A stretch of 61,565 nt of DNA, counting the filler, from Choristocarpus tenellus KU-1152 (taxonomy: Eukaryota > Protista > Phaeophyceae): NCBI GenBank assembly GCA_964200185.2. It is 13 parts of 13 records of this genome, joined end to end, with 100 filler letters (N's around TTAATTAATTAA, not from the genome) between each part and the next. Parts side by side here need not be neighbours in the genome. Positions count along the whole stretch, not along the records: positions 22,331 to 26,674 come from CAXNAD020015006.1; positions 26,775 to 29,515 come from CAXNAD020025154.1; positions 29,616 to 33,908 come from CAXNAD020015248.1; positions 34,009 to 39,788 come from CAXNAD020009772.1; 9 more parts are not named here. One strand, 5' to 3'. The translations under genes were made by a program, and so were the position numbers. The notes under the pieces are model-generated. The model worked only from the letters and a program-made list of their open reading frames with translations, was not told where the DNA came from and ran no database searches. Shown here one piece after another: positions 25,339 to 39,762 of the stretch (position 1 is the stretch's first letter; each line of letters starts with the position of its first letter).

Positions 25339-26674
25339 CTTGGAGTTTTGTGTTAGTTTGCCGATTGATAGACTTCTGAAAAATAGAGGGCGATGGTTGC
25401 AAGTGTGCACAGACTTTATGCGGTCGATTAAGAAGTGCATATGAGTGATCATCATGTGATTCGTGATGTCGGCATGAAGGGAAGGCACAGATGTGACATA
25501 ATGGATCGACGAAATCTATTGCCTTGGTGGAATATATGGGTTAGCAAGGGGCGGGAGGGTGCAGAGTGTCGCAAGTTTCAACAGGGAGTAAGTATTGTGA
25601 GTGGGGAAAATCATACACGTGGTACATGTGGTATCTATTCCTGTAGCAAGCGATGGATATATGGCCGACGTTGTTACGTGAAAGAAAACAATAACTTGGA
25701 GTTTTGTGTTAGTTTGCCGATTGATAGACTTCTGAAAAATAGAGGGCAATGATTGCAAGTGTGCGCGGACTTTGTGCGGTCGATTAGGAAGTGCATATGT
25801 GCGATCATCATGTGATTCGTGGTGTCGGCATGAAGGGAAGGCACGGATGTGACATAATGGGTCAACGAAATCTATTGCCTTTGTGGAATATATGGGTTAT
25901 CAAGGAGCGGGAGGGTGTAGACTGTCGCGAGTTTCAACAGGGATTAATTTTTGTGAGTGGGGAAAATCATACACGTGGTACATGTGGTATCTATTCCTGC
26001 AGCAATTGATGGATACATGGCCGACGTTGTTACTTGAAAGGAAACAATAACTTGGAGTTTTGTGTTTGTTCACCGATTGGCAGACTCATTCTAAATCGAG
26101 GGCGATAGTTGCAAGTGTGCATGGACGGTGTGCGGTCGATTAATTAATGCATATGTGCGATTATCATGTGATTCGTGGTGTCGACGTGAGGGAAGGCGCG
26201 GATGTGACATAATGGGTCAACGATATCTATTGCGTGTTTAGTGTATGGGTTATCAAGGGGCGGGAGGGTGTAGACTGATGCGAGTGGCAAGCAGGGATCA
26301 GGTCCAGAGGGCGGGGAGAATCATGCATGTAGAATATGTGGTATATATTCCTCCAACAAACGATGGGTATATGGTCGACGTTGTTACGTGAAAGAAAACA
26401 ATAACTTGGAGTTTTGTGCGAGTTTACCAAATGGCAGACTTGTACAAAATTGGCGGCAATAGTTGCAAGTGTGTATTGACAATCTGTGCAGTGATTTCAT
26501 AAGTGCGTATGGGTTATCTTGACTCTGCGCGTCGTGTCAGCGTGAAGGGAGTGACGGATGTCACATAAGTTCAAACGGTACGTGTTGAGTGTTTGTTGCA
26601 TATGTGGGCAAGGGGTGTACGTGTTGGGGTTGTTGCCAGTGGCAAAAGAGGCCGAACTTTGTGAGTGGGGGGGG
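25339..26674. repeat. Tandem array, unit about 356 bp, about 3.7 copies, runs to the gap
   Basis: CTTGGAGTTTTGTG recurs at 25339, 25695, 26051 and 26405 (periods 356, 356, 354). Confidence 0.9.
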
Positions 26675-26774
26675 NNNNNNNNNNNNNNNNNNNNNNNNNN
26701 NNNNNNNNNNNNNNNNNNTTAATTAATTAANNNNNNNNNNNNNNNNNNNNNNNNNNNNNNNNNNNNNNNNNNNN

Positions 26775-27430
26775 GCGTAGGTCATCAAGTCCATTCCAGG
26801 TGCATTTTTTCTTTGAAGTAGATTCATTGATACCTTTGAGGTGGTGCTAGGAGTAGTGGTAATCTGCACGGAGAGATGCAGTGGGCAGGATGCGCTGCAC
26901 AAAGCACAATGGGTGGTAGTAGGTTAGGAGGAGGTGATACCAGAAGTACTCTTCAACTTGTGACTGTACTATCAAAAAATACAACTGCTCGTACTACTAG
27001 TGTGTTCGGAAGCAGTACATTCCTACATATCATGAATAAGTTCAAGTTTTGCATTGCTTTGCTTCCTCTTGGCGTTGATGCACTCCCAGACCACAGATTA
27101 GCTACCTGGTGAGGACTCCCCATAAAATCGATCATCCTGAGCTATAATTTGTGCAGTATGATATACAATGAATTATGTATGTATGTTGTCTACATATACT
27201 TGCAAATTAAACAATTCATAGTATTATTCTTGTCAATATTCCTAATGGTTGGGTAGTGGGTGGACTGTGATAATGGGTCAAACCAATTGAGAGGTTGGGA
27301 GGGTTGTATTTTGAGGATCCCGAGAAAGGACAAAAGTACACCGTTTTGTGCAATTCCAGAAAGACTCTTTGCAGAGTTGTGTGTCACACTGTGTGTGGAA
27401 AGGGGGAATATCATTTTTTCGTACACTACT
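26775..27430 (-). pseudogene. Highly decayed DD39D mariner relic
   Basis: The reverse complement of 27230-27430 aligns with 60000-60430, the 5' part of the clear DD39D relic, once the MITE there is removed. Confidence 0.45.
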
Positions 27431-29378
27431 GTGCACATACCGCAATGCAATAGGGTGTAATTGCCCGGGGTAAGAAATACAGCTTAGAATGCGAAAGGGT
27501 CTTTCGGTTTGGCTCAATGTTTGTTGTGAATTGCGACGATATCCACTCGATTCGTTTCATTAAAAATCGAGAAATACTTTAGGAGCATTTGGTGGTGGCC
27601 TTCATCTTGCCTTCGGCGTCTATTTTGTACACATTATATATTTGATGTTACACAAACGAACATGCTACGAGAGCCAGAAACATCTGCCTTAGCGATGCTA
27701 CTCCCGAAAAATGAGTATTGTCAATGAAGATCACCACAATCCTCACAGTAGTAGTAGTATTAATAGCATCAGCAGCAGTAGAATGCAGGGATTTTGGATT
27801 AAATACAGTGGTAAGCAGGGATGAAAAGATGCTGACCTAAAGTGCTTTACCATGCTTGTCATCTTCCTTTAAGTAAGCTCTAGCATACGGATGGGAAGAC
27901 GGAGTGAGTGTGTGTGTTACATAGCATCTGTCTTCTATCGTGAGGGAGAACAATATCCAATGTGACGTAACATACTGAAATTTAAATATTGGTCGTTCTT
28001 TCTTTCTGTTCGGTGTGCCTTCTTATTGACCCCCCTTCTCTACCGTTAGGGATACTAGTTCGCACAACGATTCACTTCAGTTGTGTAGTAGTTCCGAGTG
28101 TCGTGACCACAAACGCATGGCGTCCTGACTGCTGACTGCATGCAGCATCGAAGAAAGAAATCCCAAGCGGTACGAAACGTTACTACTGCTATCTACTCTT
28201 AACAGGAAAGTATAGGCTAAGCAAGAATCACACACAACTTACGCCCTAAGTGAATCATTGGTAATAGAGTCGGGGCTTTCCTCTTTCTATAGCGCAAAAG
28301 TACAAAATTTTAGTTTGAGCAGGGTTCGCTCACCACCTCCTACTCATCCCACCACGATCCTGCGAGGCGCGCTCGTGCATGCCGCACGCAGACGTTTCAT
28401 AATTGTCTGTAAAACCGACGAGTTCTTTCCTGCGTAGATCCTACCATTCATACTTGACGAGGAGGGCCTTGCGAGTTCTCGGTCAGCATGAAGTTCCTAA
28501 TTATTTTCGTCTTTGTGTTCAGCTTGTCTTCGCTCGGGAATGCATCGACACCAGTGAGTCAACAAGTCGCTGGTAGTTATTTGTCGCACCAATCTCACTA
28601 CATACTGTCCTGATTTCATATCTCTCATAACGATTCTGGCAAAGAGGGGGCCAACATACAGAGTAGGGCAAGTATTCTCCAAGTAGGATACCTCTCCCTC
28701 CACCTTATTCTTCTTATGCCTCGGCGTTCACCTCTTCCATACCTCCCTACTCCTTTCCTTTCACTTCCACCACTTCCACACCAAATCGGAATCGGCAGTC
28801 TGACGGTGGGCCACGGCGGGGAGTCAAGGCATCCATCTCATCCAAGGCCGGGCGCCTATTCTGTGGCAAGCCCAACCTTGCAAAGGTGAAGGTGTAAGGG
28901 CCTCGAGGATGGTCGTCCGAAAGCCTAAGCTCCACTGCCGTGCCCCCATCTGCCCAGAAGACATCTCCCCGGAAGTTTCCTTTTCGGTGAGCTACGAGCA
29001 GGGAGTGTATCGAGTAAGTCAGTACCTCCAATACTAAGCACTCAAGTTTTTAGCTTGGACTGTTTTCTTTTTGAGCTTGCTCCTTACTGTTTGGACGAAG
29101 GTACAATCAATTAATTAGTTGCTTCACTGAATATTTCAGCCTATCAAATGAACCCACCACACTCTTGATAGAACAATCTAAGGCAATTGATAGATAAAGA
29201 GCGCCATCCCATGCTCGAAATTTCGTGTAGTGGCTGAGATCATTTGCTTTGGGTCTATCTTGTGTGTTTTTGGCAAATGTGCCCAGTCCTTTTCACCATT
29301 GATCAAGATCAATTTCCATTTTTATTGCGTTGAGGACTGCAATTACCCGCATATCCTCACCTGCCGTCTCTACTAACT

Positions 29379-29515
29379 GGGTCAAAGTATCTTGGGGGGG
29401 GGTGGTGGTTTGTGATGGGGCGTCCGTCTCGGTCAAACAACGTTTTTTTTTTGCTGACGTTTCAAATCCGACGCGTACGACCACATCCCCCCAAAAAAGC
29501 AAAAATCGAAAAAAG
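29379..29515 (-). mobile_element. MITE family C, 'long' end, truncated by gap
   Basis: GGGTCAAAGTATCT terminus. The internal TTGCTGACGTTTCAAATCCGACGCG matches 53066-53097 and 58933-59025. Confidence 0.75.
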
Positions 29516-31407
29516 NNNNNNNNNNNNNNNNNNNNNNNNNNNNNNNNNNNNNNNNNNNNTTAATTAATTAANNNNNNNNNNNNNNNNNNNNNNNNNNNNN
29601 NNNNNNNNNNNNNNNCCCCCCCCAGATACTTTGTGTCTGACTTGGCATTGATGGGGGACAGCTTAACTTGCAGTACGTTTTGATTTCCTCGGTTTCTGAG
29701 GTATGACCAACATTTTGGGATAAGGAGTTATTCCCCATGCTTGCATGCTGCAGACACTGCAACGGGAAAGATGTGTGACCCAATGTTCACACGATTTCAG
29801 GGATGGAGTAGACTTCTAGGTCTTGCCAGAGTTTCTAATGACTCTAACACTAACCCTAATGAAAATAATTAATCTAAATAGCAACAAGATTGATATGAGT
29901 AAGTAGTAGTAGCAGAAAATCGTAGTATCAAGCATTGGCCCAATAGTCCGATTGGTAGCGGTAGTATCGCCTTAATTAACCTTTACCAACTCCACAGCAG
30001 CTTGACACCAACACGATGAAGAGCTCTGTAGATTCACATTATCATTACCTAAACAGAAATGACGACGGCTTCAAAACCAAGAACTTACCTGCTACAATGC
30101 TGCTGCTGTGAGGCACGCAAAAAATGACAAGGAGGCACGACCACAACCATTTTTTACGCTCAACTTTAGCACCTGTAGTGCGGACGACCTTTCCAGCAGC
30201 TTGGTATTGATATCTTTGACCTCCTTGATCTCTCCTTCCACGAACTCCAACCTGTCCAGCCTTCCAAGAGCCCTGTCCACACGACTGTTTCGTTGATAGA
30301 CAAAGGCGGCAATTCCAAGGCACTCTGCACATGGCTTTCAAGAAGGTGAGGGTAGGAGAGTAGGGGATATGAGGAATGCCTTGAGCTGCAAGAAGAAACT
30401 CATTAACGTCATCAAAGAGGCCAGGAATGTTGGGTCTACAAATGTGGATATTGCTACTGTCTGTACCTGAACCAAACATGTCAGCCAAACCACAGACTTG
30501 TTCAGTGCTCAAAAGAACAACCAACCACATTGCTTGTAAGAACGTCTGCTACTTTCACATTTTAGTCATACTTTTTTCGGAGATACATTTCATACTTTCA
30601 TACTTTTATAGGAGAGCATAAATATGTATGTTTATCATTGCTACTGCTGTAAGGGGTATAACTCGTGCATCTGGACAGCCATCTACCCCATCATCGGCAG
30701 ACAAGTCTTTAACACGCCAGTGCCAAGAACAGCCTTCCTATCTCCCATGAGCTATTTCCCGCAAGACTTCTTCCACCTTGATGACAATAGCCCGGTCACT
30801 GGGAGCATATATGCCCAAAGTGAGATCGTTTACTCTTGTATCACCCACATCCAGCAGTGGGAAGGTGCTGGAGGGTAGGAAGTCATTCACATTCCATGTT
30901 GTCATTAATTCTGACCGACTTCTCGTCTCCATGTCACCAACTACAGACCTAACAGAGCAGTGCATCATGGGTTTCACAGAAGAGGTCCATGAAGAAATTG
31001 TTCCAGTCTAGTCCAAATCTATTCTTGCAGTGAATTGTTCATAAACGTCCTCTAGCCTTGTGGCCTGGGCAGGGAGCAATCATCATCCCATTGGTGGCAA
31101 AACTAGTCCAACATTGACAGGGTAGGGCGAGTCAAAGGGTGAGAGTAATCCCATTGGCTCAGTGTGTCAAATAGGCTTCAAAGCAAGGTTGATTGGTGGG
31201 ATAGCTGGTGAGGTGCCAGTTCAAGTCCTCTTCGTGGCATAAGAAGAATTGACTGTGCAAGGGTTCACTTACCTGTACATTCCTCTTAAGTCTGCAGACG
31301 GCATCCTCCTCAACTCCTCTGGCAAGGGTGTGACCCCCCTACACCCCACCTTCTGTACAACAAGACATTTCATACATGTATCCCATGCAAACAGAGAGAG
31401 AGAGAGA

Positions 31408-31665
31408 GAGTGCAAGTATCTTAGAGGGTACGAGTTTTGCCCTGTTTTTCCATTTCGGGCTTGGCTTCCCTTGGGGTTTTTATTACATTTTCCTACTCCA
31501 AAATATTTTGGAGTAGGCAATATGTGTACGTTATGAAAAAGTGTGTCCAGAACAAGGATATTGACACTTCCTAACAAACACGATAGCCAAAATTACATCA
31601 AAATTACAACACTGAATTTTGACCCCCAAATGGACGCGGCTCTACCCTCTAAGATACTCTGGCTC
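31408..31665 (+). mobile_element. MITE family B, complete
   Basis: GAGTGCAAGTATCTTAGAGGGTA...TACCCTCTAAGATACTCTGGCTC with AGA/AGA TSD, inserted at a (GA)n tract. Confidence 0.9.
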
Positions 31666-33852
31666 AGAGTATTAAAGTATTGAAATAGCACCTAGAGTAA
31701 AGCAATGCTTTTACACAATGCTGTTGCTGATATTCCATCAGAACTGTGACATGATAGCAAGCAAGAGTCCCTCCCAGGCGCAGTCAAAGAGGAGGAAAGC
31801 ATAATTGTGTGTGCTTGTGAGACGGCGATGGGGAGCAGGTACTGTGAGAAGGTAGGTGCAATTTATCCAATTGATGTAGGAGAGGGAGAAAGAAACAGAG
31901 CTCTCTTGTCAGCAAACTGGTGTGAAGAAGAAATTGCACAATATATGGACTCACTCAACCTACGCACAGCTGCCTGCATCAATCATCAACCACCAACTAA
32001 CAGTTCCCAATCTATCCTGGGTGACCTACCTGTGCTTCAAGGAAAGCCTTGATAGCAACTACATCTTCAATGTATGCCCGGCGAAGGGATTTAAGGCCAC
32101 GAGTACGCTGGTGAACTAATCTGTCATCGTTGTCATTTGAGGAGGTGGTCATGCATTCAGAAGGAGGATGCAAATATAACAGGCTTTGGCATCTGTTGCC
32201 AGGAGTCGACTTTGGCCCATAGTACCCTAATGGGGGTGTCAGGCATCCATTTGCGTCAATTGTGACCAAGTAGTTATTTTCATGATGTCGTTGGGGTGGA
32301 CATGTCAGATGTAACGGCAATTTTCTTAATCTGAAATGCACCTTCCTATTCCATCCCCCCGCCTGAATCAAATCCTAAGGAAAATCCCCCACAAAACGGG
32401 CATCAAACTGGGGTGTTTTACAACATCCCATCAAGCCCTGAATGGACTACCAGGGATAAATCCCCCGCCCCCTCTAGGATACTGTGGACCTTCGTTTCAG
32501 CACAGGAAGACTGTTTGGTGATTTCACTCTCAACAATTAAATTTTTCAATTGATGAATGGTGTGAGTTGAAGGGTGACCAGGTCAACCAGTATTGATATG
32601 GATGGATACCTAAGTGGGCAGGAGTTCACGCGTCATGCCACTGGTGGGTTAGCTTATCTACTTAGTATATGCTACAACTCAAAGAGCTAGTTTTTGTAAT
32701 AGGGTACAAGAGATGCTCATGAATTGTGAGAGTTTACAAGCAAAGTCTTATTTGGTTACTCACTCATATTTTACATTTAATTTGATAAAATTACCGCCCA
32801 GCTCCATATCTTGTTGTGCTTGTCACAAGGAATTGTACACAACGCCTTACTGATGACGTCAAAATCGCTTTATGTGTCTTAATCGACATCTATTCAACAA
32901 ATCACATGAACAAGGCACAAGAACGACAAGTCGATCCAGATATGTAGTAGCTCCTGGCTTGAACCTCGGAACATACCAGTCAAAACCTTAGTGTGGAGTC
33001 GCGGTGTGTTGACATACTATCACTTTGTTCTTCTTCGCGTCAAGGAGCACATTCTTGCTAGGCAGTGCCTTTTTTGTGTAACAAATGCAGGTACAGAAAG
33101 CTCTGATGAATGGTTTAGTGCATTGATTTATGGAAGGGTTTTCTCGTCTCCACAATAGTGTATAGAGACCGTTTCTTTCACTCTGTACCCCTGGTTCATT
33201 CATGTGTGCAACAGACACACTCAAACACACAATCATGAAGACTTCCGCTAAACCTGGGACAGGTATCAAAACGCACACGCATACAAATGAAGATTCTCAA
33301 TATACCTGGGACAGGTATCAGACGTTTCTTTCTCATACAGAGCATATTGAATCTTCTCCGATGCTACATCAACGACACACTTCATGCTGCAGGCTAAATT
33401 GTACCAAGAATCATCTCTGTTCATACTACCAAATGGTGGCAACCTTTCCTGCAGTTTTTTGTTAGGACGTAAGCATGCTGAAGTGTGTAAACAAAGTTTC
33501 CAGTAGTGTTAGTATCCTAAAGGAGGGTTGATGTAGGCCCATTGGAGTGTAAGGGGCTTATAAAACCTTCTGGCTGAAACGCCCATTCCCATGGCTGAAA
33601 TGCAGGTAGCTTCTCCGTCAGGAGATTGTGATCGCAGAGGAGGAGACGAAATCACGTCCACGCAAATGTGAAATCGACCTTCAGAGTCCAAGAGCACATG
33701 TACCAGAAGGCAGAGAATTCCCACACACTCACTGCTACCCCTCTTGGATACTATGACTCATAACAAACAATATCGATCAGCAATAATTTCTTATTTTATT
33801 ACCCTCACTTGTAAGCATTTCCTGGTAAATATGTTGGTGAGGTGGATGAAAA

Positions 33853-33908
33853 GGCTCAAAGTATCTGGGAGGGGGTGGCGGCTGTCCATTTGGGGTCAAT
33901 TTTTTCAT
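33853..33908 (+). mobile_element. MITE family A, 5' end, truncated by gap
   Basis: GGCTCAAAGTATCTGGGAGGGGGTGGCGGCTGTCCATTTGGGGTC. Confidence 0.85.
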
Positions 33909-35285
33909 NNNNNNNNNNNNNNNNNNNNNNNNNNNNNNNNNNNNNNNNNNNNTTAATTAATTAANNNNNNNNNNNNNNNNNNNNNNNNNNNNNNNNNNNN
34001 NNNNNNNNCTGGGGTAGGTGCAGGTGGTGCTGTTCCCCCCCAAGTTACCCAGTCTTGGCCAATAATTTCAGCCAGGTCTACTACCCTTACGTTGTTCAAC
34101 ATGCCGACCTCCTATGGACTTAATCGATTCTACGTTATGAAGGTATTCGGTTGAGTCCATGGTATGATGTGGTTTGATGGGACTTGGTCCGACTTTTCTT
34201 GTTGATGAGGTGTTGTGGGGTATCCACTATTTGTTTTTGATATTTCATGTGTAAGTCGTGACGATGTGAGTTCATTTTTCGATTTGATAGTATTTAATCG
34301 AATCATTTGGAACCAATTAATGCAATTCCTCCGATTCATATCGTAAACTTGTTGAAATGAAATTTGGAGAGTAAAGTCTACATGTGATCATTACGTGTGC
34401 TCTTAGTTCGATTTGATTGATTGTATCTAATCGAATCGTTTGGAACCAATTACGCATTTTTTTGATTCATATAACAAAAGTTGGATTGAGATTTGATTAG
34501 TAAAGTGTTGTTCGAGTGTGTATTTATAGTAGTACTAAACTACAGCGCAACAGTATTTCTAAATTCTGTAATTTGGGTATAATTATCTTCCTCACAATTT
34601 CAAGAGTTAAGAAAAGTTTTTCTCCATTTTAAGAGTGGAAAGACCTTGCTTGATCTATGGTTGTAATGAAGGTGATATTACAGTAATAGTGATAGTATGC
34701 CAAAGATTTCAACGGTCAAATCTACCATTTATGCCACAACATATTTTCTTTCATACATATGTATTTTCGAAAACTCCACCTTGCAAAGTATATTTTTGAA
34801 TAGAAGGTCAAGCAACAATATTGAAGTTCCAAAATCCATTCTCACTACTCGCTTCTTCCTTCTCATTTCTCACCTCTACTCTGTATGGAGAATAGTATAG
34901 ATTGAATAACATAGTAATGTGATTGATTGTCCATACTTCCTCATTTTCAAAAGAGTTTGCTATTTTTTGTGGGTTGACCTCCGATTCCAACAAATGATAT
35001 AGTTACGTATTCTTAACACTATGGAAGACAGTACTTCACCTTGGTGTACGGTCAAGAAAGAGAAATATCAGAATTTGTGTGTCGAGATATTGAAAAGGAG
35101 AGGGCTTAAGCGAGACGGGACGCAAAGACAACAAGCTGGCTTTAGTGTGAGACGCGGTGGGATTTGGAGTTGTTACCGAGGGTCAAACTCTGTAGACCTC
35201 CTGGTCAACTATTTAGACGGACGATAAAACTGACGAAGTCGGATTGTGACTCAAAGTAAGTGGAGTCTAGTGCGATACGACCAGC

Positions 35286-38200
35286 ATGACTTTAGAAGTC
35301 CAAGCTATACAACCGAGAGGAGATTCTGAGAGTCCGGCACAGAGTCCCGCCTCGGATGAATTTGGTATTCGAAGCAATGACATCGATGATTCTGCTATGG
35401 ATAAGTCTTCTTCCACAGGACGATCAGGTCGCGGTGTGAGGAGAAAATGGGGCCGAAGGGGGACCACGTTGATAAAGAGTTTGGGCGCAAAAATCGGAGC
35501 TGGTCAAGAGCAGGTGAGAGATCATTTTTGTGCTTGAGTCTCCCAATCCAAATAGTACACTTAGGCACATGCTAGTTCTACTCAATGTGCCTTGGTACAC
35601 GCTGTGGTTTTGTATCGTTGAAGAGTATGTCAACGTCCGTTATCACATATTTTGTTCAAAGAAACTCGGAAAGTCTGAAAGGCCCGTGCTCTCACCGCAC
35701 TCAAGGATGGACCGATTAATTGTATATCCCTCACCCTCCTTAACTCACCGACTCGTCCTGGTAGTTGTGGATGACTTGTGCCCCCCTCACACTGACTAAA
35801 ACGACTTAGTCCCTGCGGAATCGATCAAGTCCTAACTTTTCTGGCAACAACATATCCTCAGGTGGGAAGCGAGGGACTCGGGCTCCGAAGGCAAAGAAAT
35901 GAAACAGAGTCACGCTCTCTAGTGGTAACTCATTTCGAGGGAGCAACGCTGAAAGGTCCTCCCACCAAGTCTCCAGAGAATGAAGACCGGTTTGTCCACG
36001 TGAGTACATGCACCTTCCCTGACGAAGCCTATAATCTACTCAACTTAGCCCTCTGTAGAATGCATATGCGGAATATACGGACGTTTCATCATCGTTCTTC
36101 ACGAAATGCGAGGGAGTTCTAGAGAGAGTATGTGTCCATGTAAAAATATTTCGCGACATGAGCTTCTAGTCTTCCAAGTCTCCAAAGGTGGTAAGGGTTA
36201 GCATCACAAGAGTTAAGGTTTTTCCCTCCGATGCCGTGCATTCTACTTCTGTTAAGGTTTGGTAGAGGCTGAAATAGGCAAACGTCTGACCCATCATTAA
36301 CATATCTCCAACCTTATCCACGTTGTTGCCAGGCTAAGATCAATTTGCCGATTGGAGTTATTCATCAATGTCGAATAATGGAAGATTCAGTGTGTGCTTG
36401 GGTGTTTGCTGTCTTCGACGGACACGCTGGACCGAACTGTGCACATTACCTGAAGGAAAACTTTGTGGTGAGTGACTGCTCTCCTCCCCCTGCTTCTGTA
36501 GTTTCTCAACTTTGACTTTTCTTTGAAACCGGTCACTCTCCACCCACGCCTATTTTTCTGGCGTGTGCCCTGCGTCGGCATCAAGTTCAGAAATCAGGAG
36601 ACAAGAGGAACATGTAGGCCTACCGTGTGTTAGTGTTTTTCTGATCTTTGACTGCCTTCTATGGCCTCAGCCCCTTCCTTGGATGTGATGATATGGACCT
36701 GCTGTCTGCACCTGTCCTTCTCTATCACAGGAATATCTGATGAAGTGCAAGGTGATGAACCCTCCACCGCCCAGTCTGATGGAAGAAGCAGATTTCGAGC
36801 AGTTATCGATCGAGACAGTGCTTGTTCGTGCTCTTCGACAAACAATGGCTTCGCTCACAAGAGTGTTTGAGCGGCATGCTAACGTTGCGGGGGAGGTGAG
36901 GTGCTGCTTAACAAGCTTTTCATACCGCGTTTTTTTTTTTTGTTTAGAGAGTACATGCATCGGTAAACTGACTCTGTAAAAAAAAGGGAAAGCTATCAGA
37001 GACCAAAGTTTTGTTTTTGTTTCTATGTTTTTTTGTGTGAATTACGTAGATAATTATATTGATTTTTTTTGCCCTTGGTTCTGGTTTTGAAATTCGTGTG
37101 GTACGTTGAAGGGGAAGATCACGAGGTAGTGCAGATGAACTAGAAACCTGCTCACTCTTCATCCCTTTCCATTCTACACACGGCAGATCTCTGGTGCATG
37201 TGCTATCGCGGGAATGTATTGCCAGGGTTCCTTAGTCCTAGCCAATGTGGGGGATTGTCAGGCTGTGTACCATGGGCACTTGAAGAGTTCCCCAGGGGTT
37301 TCAGTCACGCTGGCATCGGTGAGCAACGAAACTTAGTATGGTAGTTCAGAATGACTTGAGCTCGTCTGTAACATATATATATATATATATATTTCTTTTG
37401 CTCGAATGGGTTTGTTAGTGGCCAGCAGTGCGTGTGTGCTTGTACCTTGCTTACTCTTAAGACCTTTCTGCTGCGGTATGCGTTGAGTGCAGCATGCTTC
37501 GTAGTATTTGTAGGGATTGTGTATCAAGCTATGTGGCTATTACGGATTGGTTGCTCTTCTGATTAACCATGTAACTCTTTCGAGCTCTTCTGAAATGTTC
37601 CAGTATCTTCTGAAGTGTCAAGTCTTGGTACTGTACAGAATGTTTAAAACTACAGGAGTAATCCCAATGTGTGCACTCCTTGGAAATGTCACTCAACCTT
37701 CTCTTGCTGCACGATAGACGATCCATGATGCGTCAAACCCATCAGAGGTGGCCCGATTTGAGACAGCAGGAGGCTTCGTGAGCTCCACAGGACGTTTCCA
37801 GGGTGTGCTGGAGCCCAGTCGGACTGTGGGGGACGTGGACCTAAAGGCATCAGCACCAAAGGGTTGCATTGCATCCTACCCTGAGGTGTGATATTTCTTT
37901 GGCAGTGTTACTACCGAAAGCATTCCCGAAGTAACCTCTAGAATGTGTGTGTGCGTTTGCGTCTGTTGTATCCCCGAAGGTAGAGCTTATTTTTTCCTTT
38001 TTGTTGGAGATGTGGGGAATGCGAATGTTTTGCCCCCACATTAGTTGCCCAGGCTGAGAAAGTTTCACCAGATCTCATGTGTGATAATGTGGACGATGAT
38101 TTGTGATTCACTTGAAAGGTATTTAGTTTGCTCGACTTCAAGAGTGTAAAGTCTCTGATGAAGGCCTTCATCTTAAGAGATTGTTTAGTCGTGGGCATTT

Positions 38201-39330
38201 TTTTTTTTCTACTTCCAGTGAAAATGAAAACAAATGTGCAGTAATAGGTTTTTGGTATCAAGCGCTATATTTGACGGGTTTTATTTATTTGATTTTTTCT
38301 TGCTGCTGCTGTTGCACGCTGACATTCCTGTCGAGGTGCAATACTTGGAGTTTAGTTTGTTATTTTCTCAATTTTGTACTGCTCTTGCCTCCTAAATACC
38401 ATGCTGTGCTTCTGTCTCGCCTTCTTCCAATCCCCAAACCCTACTGCTGTTCTTGGAAAGGTGTCAATTGTGGATATGGCCAGTGAATTAAAACCAGGTT
38501 GGCCTAGACCGTTGGTGCCACCTTTTCTTGTGGTTGCAACGGATGGTATCTGGAATCATGTTCCCCCCAATACTGTTGTGGCAGAGGTGAGTCGTCGATT
38601 GTTGAAGCCATCTTTTTTTTAATGGATGTGGAAAGTTACCCCTTCCTGCTTTGAGCCTCCCCTTGATATTCGACATGAACTTGCCTTTGCATTTGTTGAG
38701 GAGACGTTGAGCTTTAGTTTGTACCTTGGTTCTTGTGGTCTATCAAGAACAGAATCAAGAAAATGCTTGTATTATCACCCATTGCTGCCCTATCTGGTTC
38801 TTGTCCAATTACCTGCTTGCTCGTTCGTTTCTCAGGTGAAGGCAGGTATTAAGAAGATCCAGGCACACAAGAAGAGGTTCGATGCCACTGGTGAGGAGGG
38901 CTCAGGTTGTCTGTCATTTACAGACTCAGAGAGTGGAACAGACACAGATGAGGAAAGCTACACGGAGGGGAAGTGGGCACCTCAAGTGAGAGACTCGTTG
39001 AAACTTTATTGGTAGACTCCTGGGATTGAGTGCCGTTGGTTGATTGCAATGATAGTGTGGGTTTATGTCGTGGTAAAAAGTGATGTTAACGAAGAGGTAT
39101 CTTTTAACGTTTTGGTCAGTTTGATCTTATGTGAGGAGGAGCCTGATCTGATGCCGCGTGACTGACGTATGCCCATATTTTGTCTGTCCCCTCTGTTGCC
39201 TCTCCGTCCACTGCATCGGTCACCTCCTTTCCAACTTTCTGTGCTGCAGTTGGGACTAGCTAACAGGGTGGTGGCGCTTGCACAGGGGGGGAGGGATGAT
39301 GCCACTGCTGTTGTGTTGGTCTTTGAATAA
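35286..39330 (+). CDS. PP2C/PPM-family Ser/Thr phosphatase, about 440 aa. Exons 35286-35513, 35862-35999, 36333-36467, 36731-36895, 37187-37318, 37718-37885, 38461-38586, 38836-38985, 39250-39330
   Basis: All introns are phase-0 GT-AG. Motifs: NEDR, AVFDGHAG, SGACA, ANVGDC, HDASNPSEVAR, SRTVGD, VVATDGIW, DDATAVV. Confidence 0.9.
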
Positions 39331-39723
39331 TGCATTTGAAGGAAGGGGTTGAGAGGTGATCGTGAGGTGGGGTTTTGCTGGGTTACTTGGCGGGAAAGGA
39401 CTTGATCTATGTTGGGATATTGTTTGGTGTAGCTGCACCTTATTCATGATGGCCCTCGTTACCTCTTTCCTTGCAACTTGCTCTGGACCTCTTTGTAGTG
39501 ACTTGATGCCCTTGTTTCTGCATATAGAAGAGAGTGGGAGAGGGGCGCTTGTTACCTGAAGGGATAGCGGTTTATTTATCGATTTTCAAGTGCAATATGG
39601 TGTGTGTGAGAGAGAGAGAAAAGTCCAAACTGTGCTGGGAAGGTTTTCATTCTTAAGTGTTGTGAATGTTTTGTGTGGGTGTAGGTTGTGATGGTGGGTG
39701 GAGTGTTTTCCCCCATGTCATCG

Positions 39724-39762
<39 letters not shown>

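Noticed and set aside
25339-26674. CRISPR-like array
   Set aside because: Whole units are homologous with no unique spacers, there are no cas genes, and the context is eukaryotic.
28497-29031. Two short minus-strand ORFs as a gene
   Set aside because: No recognisable motif or convincing splice structure.
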